From positions 930,001 through 994,000 of the forward strand of contig LSRY02000033.1 of the NCBI GenBank assembly GCA_001643675.2: DNA of 64,000 nucleotides. The letters are read 5' to 3'. Below are positions 25,501-35,402 of this stretch, piece after piece; the first letter of the stretch is position 1; each line of letters starts with the position of its first letter. Position numbers and translations under genes: made by a program. The notes beneath the pieces were generated by a model. It ran no database searches. It had not been told where the DNA came from and was given only the letters and a program-made list of their open reading frames with translations. This stretch comes from Monocercomonoides exilis PA203 (lineage: Eukaryota; Protista; Preaxostyla).

Positions 25501-26708
25501 AGCGGTATGGGAGCAAGCGGCGAGGAGAGGCGCGGCGGTCGGAGGAGCGGGCGCTGCGGTACAAGGCGCCGGAGCTGTTTACGCGGGAGGACTGTGGGGA
25601 AGGGAGGAGGAAGAGGGAGCAGAGGGCGCGGGCAGAGGCAGAGAGGAGGGCGAGGATGGAGAGGGAGAGGATGGAGAGGGAGAGGATGGAGAGGGGGAGA
25701 ATGGAGAATGAGGGAGGAGAAAGAGGAGTGGAATGTGCAGGGGAGCGGGAGGTGCGGGAGCTGGGGTCGGAGGTGTTTGGAGGATGGAGCGGAGAGGAAG
25801 GGGGAAGAGAAGATGTTGTGGAGGTGAACGAGAAGGTGAGGTTCAGGGCAGATGCGACAGAAAAGTCGGTTTCGTTCACAGTTGGGATGCTGCTGCTGGA
25901 GATGATGAGCGGGCGGCGGCCGTTCTGGGAGGCGGAGTCGGAGTTTGGGGCAGGGAAGGAGGTGTACCGGGGGAAGGGGCAGGAGTATGGGCGGCGGGTG
26001 ATGGAAGAGATTCTGGCAGGGGGAAGAGGAAAAAGAGGAAGTGGAGGTGGAGAAGGAGGAGGAGGGGAAAGCACAGCGCTGAGGCTGTCTGTGTTTGATG
26101 CGCTGATTGAGCAGTGCCTGAGCACAGAGGAAGGAGAGCGGCCTTCGCTGAACGAGATCAAGCGGGAGCTGATGAACCTGTTTGAGGCGGGGTCGAAGGA
26201 GCTGAGTGGAGAGCATGCATTTGTGGATGACGAGGAAGAAGAGGAGGATGAGGATGAGGATGAGGATGAGGAAGAGGGAGAAGAGGGCGAAGAGGGTGAA
26301 GAGAGAGAAGGAGGAGGCAGATACTGTGGAAGAGGAAGAAGTGGGGCTGAAGAAGGGCAGAGAGATGCACAGAGTGGAAGCGAAGAAAGAAGAAGAGAAA
26401 GGAGAGAGGGATTGGAGCAAGTGAGGGAAGAGGGAAGGGAACAGAGGAGGGAAGAAGAGAGAGAAGAGGAGAGGGACAGAGAAAGAGAAGAGCGAGAAAA
26501 GCTGGTGCGGCTGATAGAGGAGACGCGGCGGAAAGGGCAGCAGCAGGAGGAGGAGGAGAAAGAGGCGGTGAAGCGGGAAGAGGCGCGGGTGAAGGAGCGG
26601 CTGGCAGAGAAGCTTCGGAGGAGATGGGCGATGGGAGGGAGGCGCTCGGAGAGAGGGAAAGGAGAGGCAGACAGGGAAGGGGCAGATGGGGAAGAGGGTG
26701 AGGAGAAG

Positions 26709-26739
<31 letters not shown>

Positions 26740-27482
26740 AATACCGAGTGTCAGCCGGGAGGAGGGAGGAGAGGAAGAAGCGGGAGGAGCGGGAGAACGA
26801 GCGGAACATGTGGATGCGGGAGCTGGCGCAGGCGCAGCGGCGGGAAGAAGAGAAGAGGAGGGAAGAAGAGAAGAGGAGGGAGGAGGAGGCGCGGCGTGGA
26901 GAGGAAGAGGCAGCAGCGCGGGAGAAGGCAGCGGCAGAGCGGAGGAGGGCAGAAGAGGAGCAGGCAGCGGCAGAGGCGGCGAGGCGCAGGGAGGCGGGGG
27001 AGGTGATTGTGCGTGTGTGGAAGGAGCGGCAGGAGGTGTGGGCAGCGAAGAGGGAGCTGCGGGAGCTGCGGCAGGAGAAGCGAGAGAGAGAAGAGCGGGA
27101 GCGGAAGAGGAGGGAGGAAGAGGAAGCGGAAGCGATGGGGGAGGAGGGGGCAGCAGAGGCAGAAGAGAGGGCGCAGCGGGAGCGGGAAGAGCTGGAGGAG
27201 CTGGAGGAGATGAGGAGGAGAGAAGAGGAAGCAGAGGCAGAGGGAGAGGCAGAGGGAGAGGAAAGGAAGAGAAAGGAGGAAGAAGAAAGAAAAGAAAAAG
27301 AGGAAAAGGAAAAAGAAGAAGAGAGGAAGAAGAAAGAGGCAGCGAGGACAATTCTGAAGTTGTGGAGGAGGTGGAAGGAAGGGAAAAGAAGAGAAGAAGG
27401 AGTGGATGGAGATGAGGATGGGGATGGGGATGGGGAGCCAGAAGAGGCAGGGGTGCAGGAGGAAGGGAATTCTGGAGAGTGA
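16572..27482 (+). CDS. Giant (~3636 aa) type I membrane protein: signal peptide, repetitive beta-helix/Pmp-like ectodomain, TM helix, degenerate TKL-like kinase domain, Glu/Arg coiled-coil tail; copy 1
   Basis: ATG at 16572 gives signal-like MAIRHVVAIAMAVLCIAQGSGA. Repeated GGAI/GGGV and CGxxxxPCxT motifs. TM helix WPIILFMGMSAVGVVVVVVIVGCCV at ~24530-24605. Kinase C-lobe remnants RYKAPE, EKSVSFTVGMLLLEMMSGRRPF and LIEQCLSTEEGERPSLNEI. One uninterrupted ORF of ~11 kb. Confidence 0.85.
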
Positions 27483-28084
27483 GGCGAATGGGAAGGGAAG
27501 TTGACGAGCAGGAGAAGAAGGGGTTGTATTCGGCCTCGCCATTATTATCATTATTATTATTCTCGAAATTATAACAGAAATTATTATTATTATTATTATT
27601 GATATTATTGATATTGTTATCCTTGTTGTTGATGATGTTAGTTGACTAAACTTTTCATATTTTTGTGTGTTTTGGTTTTTTTGTGTTTGTGGCCATTGTT
27701 GCTGCTGCTGCAGAAGATTGCCGAAAGTGTTGTTGGCCACTTTGCCAAGCTATTTTTGTTTTCTTTTCTAATTTGTGATTTTTTTTTTCAGTTCTATTTT
27801 TTTTAGTTTTTCTCTCGCTTTTCCGTTTTTGCACGTGTTGTATTGGTGTGCTTGGTGTTGAAGACAGCTTGATGTGTATTTGCAGGCTTTGGCCTGATTT
27901 TTGTCTGCTGCAAAGAAAAAAAGAAAAAAAGAAAAATGAAACTGAAAGTGCGAGCAAATTCGGCAGCTGAGACTGCAACAGCAAATGAAAAGAAAAGAAA
28001 AAAGAAAAAAAGTTGTTTTTTTCTCTCTCACTTTTTCCCCTCTCCTGTGTATTTCAAGTGGAATTGGGCTTTTCCTTGCTCTGA

Positions 28085-28156
28085 AAGGCCAATGGCCAAA
28101 GACCAATGGCCAATGACAAATGGCCAAAGACAAATGGCCAAAGACCAAAGGCCAAA
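28085..28156. repeat. Short degenerate tandem repeat (AATGGCCAAAGAC-like units) between the convergent genes
   Basis: Visible repeated aatggccaaagac/aatggccaatgac units. The right-arm counterpart (~46181-46280) has more units. Confidence 0.7.
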
Positions 28157-28748
28157 CACTTTTCCCCTTCTTCTGCTGCCTCTCAAACAGAAACACAACA
28201 CCAGCCAACCAGCAGGCCCTGTCTTGAGCAAAGGCTCGCAGGCGAAGTGCTGAAGTGCCAAAGGAAAAACTGCCAACACAAAAAAATAAAATAAACAGAA
28301 AAGCAAAGACAAATACAAATACAAACACAGCAGCCAAGTGGGTGAATGGACAAGCACCAAGCAAGCAAACAGACAGACAGACAAACAAACAAAATATAAA
28401 GCAAAATAAAATAAACGCAAATCAATATATAAATATACAAATATATAAGGAAGTCGATTGATAGATGAATAAATAAATAAGCAAATAAATAAGTGCCTCA
28501 GAACATCAGCGAAGGCAGAGTGCAGCTGCCCCTGGCCAGGCAAAAGCAAAAGAGCCGGCCACCCATCAGCACCCAGATGCAGCTGCGTATCAACAGCGAG
28601 ACAAACAAACAGAAAAACAGACAAAGACAGAAAAGACAAAGTAAAGTGAAGTGAAGCTCTGCCAAACACTCACTCACGCACTCACACACACACATCCATC
28701 CTCATTCTCATTCTCTTTCTCTTTCTCTTTCCTTTATGCTTTGCTCCA

Positions 28749-28821
28749 TCACGCGCTCTCTGTTGTTGCCACACTCGGCTCTGCCACAGCTTTCTCTGTC
28801 TCTGCCTCCATCACAACCCCT

Positions 28822-28853
<32 letters not shown>

Positions 28854-31800
28854 CTGCACTGCACAGCATGCACGCACAAACTCCCCCATCGAGATGACCA
28901 GCACCCGCGCCGGCCCCTCCACCACTGTCGCTGTGTACGGCACATGCCCCACTGGCAGCTCTCCCTCCCGAAACAGCGCCGTCGACGGGCACGAGTGGAA
29001 GAACAGCGACGTCAGCGCTGTCGACGGCGAAGACAGACTCGGCGAAGATGAAGAAGAAGATGAGGAGGAGGAGGAGGATGATGATGATGATGATGATGAA
29101 GTGGATCCTGAGGCTGCCGACTCTCCTGCCCCTTCCAACCTGCCCCCACTCTCCACCCCATCTGCCCGCGGTGCTTCAACCTCTCCCCTGATCTGGTCTT
29201 TCGTGAAGAAGCACTCTCTGTTCAGGATCGTCCACGGCTGCCCAAGATCGCACATGATCGTCTTCCTCCCGCCTCTCCGCCCTCTCTCTCCCCTTCTCCC
29301 TCTTCCTCTTCCTCTTCCTTTTCCTCCTTTTCGTCCTTCCTTTTCTCCACCCTCTTCCCGCTCCTCTCCTTCCGAGCTTCCCCCGATCTCTGTCTCCATC
29401 TCTGTCTCTGTCTTCTCCTCCTCTCCCTCTTCTCCCTCTCCCTCTCCCGCTCCCTCCCGCTCCCCTTCCTCCTCCTCGTGGATCACCTCCAGCCGCCCGC
29501 TCAGCACCACCACCAGGTCTGCCTCCTCCTCCCCCTGGATGCACACCTTGCACACCGCCGGCGCACTCAGCGACGAGAACACATCATCCTCCTCTTCCTC
29601 TCCTCCTCCCTCTCCTTCCTCTCCTTCCTCTGATCCCTCTGCCAGAAGCGCTGTCGTCGAGCTCATCGTCAGCGACGACCCACCCACCAGCGAAGGAGAA
29701 GGCGATAGCAATGGCGATGGCGATAGCAGAGGCGAGGGCGATCCAAACGGCGACCCTGCCAGCCCCGGCGACTGTGCTGCCGACATCCCCGCCGACCCGC
29801 CCGGCAGCAGCGGCGCTGTGGACGACACGGTCGACGTGGACGACACTGTCGATGTGGACAGCAGAGGCGTCAGCGATGTGGCTGTGGCTGTCGAGCTCCC
29901 GCCGCACCCCGACCCTTCAGACGACGCCGTCGATGATGATGATGCTGCTGCTGACTCTGCTGGCATGGGCAGGCTGTGCATGCTGCTGTGGCCGAACCCC
30001 TGGCCGTGCAGATGGCCAGCGTGGCTGGCGTGGCTGGTGTGGCTGGTGTGGCTGTGGTGCCCGTTGTGGTGGTGGTGGTGGTGGTGCAGATGGTGCGGCC
30101 CTCCTGCCCCCATCGTCCACCCTGCAATCTCAAACCCTTGCGACCGCTCAACCAGCCTCACAACATCCTCTTCCCGCCACTCCCCCATCATCGGGATGTT
30201 CGCCCGCAGAAACTGCCCAATCCGCTTCGCCTCCTTCCGCACCTCCTCCGAGCACTCCACCCACATCTGCATCCGGAACCGCTTCCGCCGGCTCAGCCGG
30301 TGCACCCCACCTGCCCCGCCTCCTCCCACACCCCCTGGCACAGGCGATCCTGCCGGACTCGGTGGCGCATTCACACCCACATTCACACCCACCTCCGCTC
30401 TTCCCAGTGAACTCACAGACATCGAGCTCTGCATCCCCATCCCCATCCCCATCCCCATCCCCATCCCCATCCCTCCCTGTCGACGCAGGAACGACGATGT
30501 GTACGGCACAAGAACCATCTCCCCTTCTCTCCCTTCTCTTCCTCCTCTCCCTTCTCTTCCTTCTCTCCCTTCCATCTTCTCCCCATTCTCCTCCTCCTTG
30601 TTCTTCTTCTCCTCTCCACTCTCTCTTCCCTTTTCCTTATCCCTTTCCCTTTCTCTTTCTCTTTCTCTTTCTCTTTCCCCATCCTTCTCCTCATCCTCCA
30701 TCTCAACAACAACAGTCCTGCTCTTTCCCTCTGCCCCCATCTTCTCCCCACTTTCCTTCATCCCCGCATTCCCCTTGCTCCCCTCCTTCGGCTTTGTCTT
30801 CACACTCACCTTCCCCTCTTTCTCCTTCTCTTCTTCCTCTCCTCCTTCTCCTCCTTTTCCCTCCTCTCCTCCCTCACCATCCTCCCCACCCTCGCCTCCT
30901 TCCCCTGCCCCCGCCGCGCATTCCGCCTCGCTGCATGCACCCCCAGGTCTTCCCACTCGTCCCCCACAATCTCGCTCACCACATCTTCCCGCGTGATGAT
31001 CCCCACGTTCTCGTAGAACGGGTCTCCTTCCCCGAGTCGTTCACCTGATACACCACCGCCATCGCATTCTTCCCCTTCTTCATCGCCCGCATCACCTCCG
31101 GCAGCCGCACATCCGCCCCAACCATCGCCACCATCTGCCCAAACGACCCAAACACCTGCTCCAGCTCCACCTCTCCTTCCCCGCTCATCAGCAGCACATC
31201 CTTCGCTGCCACAAACCCCACAATCGAGTCTTCGCTCTGCTCATACACCGGAATCCTGCTGTGCCCGTCCCCCACAATACGCTCAATCGTCTCTTCCGTC
31301 ACCCGCTCTCCAAGCTGCTCCCACCCCAAATCCCACAAAACCCCAGAAAATCCCACAAAACCCCACAAGTTCCACAAGTCCCCCATCCAACCAACAAGCC
31401 CCAAGCAGCAGCCAGTCATTGAATAAAATCAACAATCATCATCATCATCATCATCAAAAAAAATGAATGAAAATAAAATAAAAATAAAATAAAATAAAAT
31501 ATTCAGCATATGCATTTGCTTTCGCTCACTCATCCCACTCATCCCACTCACTCCACTCACTCCGCTCATCCATCACTTCCATCACATCCCATCACATCCC
31601 ATCCCATCCCATCACACCTCCAGCATAAACACATCCTTCATCGGCGTCATGATCTCGGCCGCTGTCTTCGTCGAGAAGTCAAACGAGTTCGACACCAGAA
31701 TAAAGTCTGAGTCTTCAATCCGGTCTTCCTGGTACAGCGCCCGGATCTTCTCGTCCGACGCATGCAGCTCAATCAGCTTCTTCAGCTGCGCCTTGTTGTA

Positions 31801-32842
31801 TGTGTTCCCGATCTCCACACCCAGGATGCAGTCCAGCAGCTTCCCCACCGGCACCACAATGATCGACAGCAGAATCATAATCAAAAAGATCAGCCACCAC
31901 AGCGCCGCCCCAATCTGCAGCCCGTACCGCGTGCACACAGCCTGCGGCAGAATCTCCCCAAACGTCACCGTCAGGATCGTCGTCAGGATAAACGCCACCG
32001 TCCCGCCCCCAACCTCTTCCATCAGCAGCGACACTCCGGTGTTCACCATCACTAACATCAGTCACACATACAGCACACACAATGGCACACATAGCATCCC
32101 CAACAAAAAGAAAAAGGAAAAGGAAAAGGAAAATCTCAAAAAGCACTGAAAATGCTCCATCACACACCATTCCCCAGAAGCAGCGTGCACAAAAGAATGT
32201 TTCCTGTTCCGCCCCCGCGCCATCCAGCACACGCCCCCCAAAAAAAGAAAGAGCAACAAAATGAATCAAAAAAAGCAAAGAAATTTATAAGAAAATGAAA
32301 AAGAAAAAAAAAAAGAGAAAGAGAAAGAAATCACAGAATGTTGCAAACTCACAAAATAAACCAAATAATAACAAAAATAACAATGAGAATGTGCAGCAGC
32401 ACCGCCAAGGGCACCACAGCACAACCAAAAGATTCGTGGCAAAACTCGCAAAACCCACTCCACACACCGCTCTTCCGGATCTTCATGATCTTCGCCGCCT
32501 GCCTCCGCTCGCTCTCGCTCCCCAGATCAATCAGGATCTGCAGGTTCAGCTTGTCCAGCGCAAGGAGCCCCAGATTCAGCCCTAACCCCAGTTCAGTTCC
32601 CATCGCCAACACCAACCACAAAAAACACCAGTTAAATCCCCGCATCCTCAAATGCCCTCCACAAAAAAACATGCTCTGCCCACACCTGAAAACATTGCTG
32701 AGAAGCACAGCAGCACCGCAATCGCCACAATTTTCAATGCAAACACCCATGTCGGCTGCCCCTCCGCTGCCTCCGAGCGGTGGAACCCCAGCATCCGCGG
32801 GCATGCAAATCCTATCACGCTTGCTATCGTCGATATCCGCAT
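28749..32842 (-). CDS. CNNM/CorB-family metal (Mg2+) transport protein (DUF21 + CBS pair + cNMP-binding-homology domain); 5 exons; copy 1, with two apparent 1-nt homopolymer frameshifts
   Basis: DUF21 motifs FSAMFSGLNLGLLALD, GNILLCTLLLGNV and TFGEILPQAVC. CBS motifs IMTPMKDVF, GHSRIPVY and GIITREDV. CNBH-like IQGEEEADLVVVLSGRLEV...YTATV. C-runs at 31030-31033 and 30908-30912 are one base shorter than in the right copy. Confidence 0.88.
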
Positions 32843-35402
32843 CAGTCACGCCTGTACGCTCCTAAAGCCTTCCGAATAAATCGGAGATCAATCATTTACC
32901 ATATTATATTTTTTCATTTTCTGTAGGAATAATTATTGAAAGATGTTACCCAGTTGAAATATGGACAATATTAAAAAATTGAGATAATAATATAAGAAAA
33001 TTTAATTATTAATGAAAAAATAAATATGACAGATGAATCAAACCTTCAATGATGATAATTAAACTGTTGTTATTTTTGTGGAAAGAACTTTCGTCAAAAA
33101 GCAGAGTTTCTGAAACAAATACGGACGAAGAGATGAATTCACAAATGAAGCAAATGACAGATTTTACATCTGATGGTAGAACCAATTTGTTTGCATACGA
33201 AAAATACAAAAAATCTGAGAAAATTCGAATTTTGTTTAATCAATTTGAGAAATAATCCTTTCTCTTCTTTCTCGACATACTTGCAAAATAAATAACTTAC
33301 CTCGCAAACAGTTCCAAAAACATAGTTTGCCTTATTCATTCATTTTTTCGAAGTGAAATATCATTCAAAAACATTCACATGAAAAAAAGAATTGGTTGAG
33401 CGAAAAATTATTGTTCATATGGGTAATTCTTTTTGAAAAGACGCAAATGAATAATTTTCAAGTAAATCAAAATTTTCATATTTTGCTCAAATTTAAGTGA
33501 ACATACCCCAAACTTCACTTATGTTGTATCTATTTCTGAATTAAGCCATTTCACTCGTTCCAAAGAAGATTCGTGAGTGGAAACAGAAATTTGAGCAAAA
33601 TGTGAAAAAAATGTTTTATTTGAAAATAAAACGTTTGCGACTTTTCAAAAAGAATAACCCATATTGAAAAAATAATTTTCCAGTCAAAAATTGAGTATAA
33701 TCACATTGTGTTTTGCACAGATTTTTGTGATCATATTAGATTGTGATTATATTCCATGTGATAACATTCGGAATAGAATGAATTTTGAACAAAATGCAAA
33801 AGAAGAAGGAAATAAACTCAAAAGTCGATTTTTAGTGGAATTGATGTTCCAGAAACTCTAATAGGAGGATGTTGAATAATTGTGGGAATTATTTCTGAAA
33901 AGAAAAAGCTCATTTTCCATTCATTTTTGAGAAGAAATATTGTCAAAGGTTCAGTTATTCAAAAAGATTGTTGTTGGGTACACAGTGGAAAGGATGACAT
34001 AAGAAATGTGTAACTCTGAATGAAATGGGACAATGTTTATTTTTCTTTTTTGAGAAAATTTTCATATTTTTATAATGATTCTGTTCGTGCTCGTAACAAC
34101 ATTTCTTGAGAAGTTCACGATGTTATTATCAAGTTATAGCTTCGATTTTTGTTCATTTCACAAGTGCAAACAGAAATTTGATCAAAATAAGATTGTTTTA
34201 TTTAATTTGAATATTTCACTTTTGCGGCTTTTCATAAAGAAAATTAACATGTGGGGAAAAATATTTTCCTTCAGGCATTTTCATTGAAAAATTATGTCCT
34301 TTTCATTAACATTTTGAATACAAAAGACACAATAAAAATGGTTCGTTTTTTGAAATTCGTGAAACGATGGAAAACTCGACGTTTTGATTTCAACGATTCC
34401 TATTTACGGATATGAAAATCAAATTTATTTTGAAATCTGAGAAAGTTTAGAAATGTTATAAGAAAAACAATTTTTTCATGCTTTGTGCATAAAAAGCTTG
34501 AAAGGCCGTATTTTCCCCCATGTTGATTGATTGAACATCATCAAAAGCCATTTTTAAAAAGAGATGAACACTTTCACTAACCACACTGAAGGTTTCTGGT
34601 TTTTTTTTTCACAAAAGTCAACATCCACATGGAGATTGATATGCAAGAATTCACACATATGGATTCTTTTGCTTTCAAAAGGCAAAAATGAAGATGCCAT
34701 TTCACGATTTAATACACGTTTACAGTCAATCGCGTACATGAACAAATGAAAGTTTGAATAGAAAATATTTTGATCAGTTAACGATTCTTTTCTTTTTCTG
34801 ATGGAATAAAAAATATCAATGATCCGGAATGACATAAGTTAAAGCGCATTACACACCTAAAGTTATTATTTACCATTTTGTTATTATTCAAATTTTGGTG
34901 TTGCACTTTTTTAATTTTTCATGAACAAACGTTTGTGAATTATCATTCTCAATTCATTTATTTTCTAATAGCGAAAACCACTGATACTATTGTTCTTAAC
35001 ATTTCAACAACAAAGAGACATTATTTTAATTTTTGTTAATTTTTTTTTCTTTTTTCGCATTAAAACAATGAGTTATTTCCGCATATTGGGATTGAAAAAA
35101 AAGAAAACAGATTTTTTTCTAAATTGAGTTTTAATTGTGTTTTCTCATTTATTTTAGAATATGTATTTAAAACTGATCCACTTTATTATTAACAATTGCA
35201 TGTGAGATATTAAATACAATGAGAATAACATCTTGGATTATCATTTTTTGACTTGAACCATAAGTTATTTTGTTATATTTGATTTCAAAAAATGTTTGTT
35301 CAAGAACTTATAATAATTATATATTTTAAAATAATTTGAATTCTTTTTGAAAAACGAAAAATATATTATTTCAATTAATGTTGTCAGCCTTCAAAAAAGG
35401 TG

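Larger units (their letters stand above)
12931..32908. repeat. Left arm of a ~20 kb inverted duplication
   Basis: Reverse complement of ~41431-61449. Outer junction: ttagaaattctttcattcattg (12935) matches the sequence ending ~61445. Inner junction: tcggagatcaatca...ccatattata (to ~32908) matches tataatatgg at 41431. Gene order is mirrored. Confidence 0.97.

Noticed and set aside
28085-28156. CRISPR-like array
   Set aside because: Short degenerate tandem units with no unique spacers, no cas genes, and a eukaryotic context.
14011-32842. Bacterial horizontal transfer or contamination as the cause of the GC-rich island
   Set aside because: LysRS has the eukaryotic N-terminal extension, CNNM has spliceosomal introns with the host donor consensus, and intergenic parts of the arms are AT-rich like the host.
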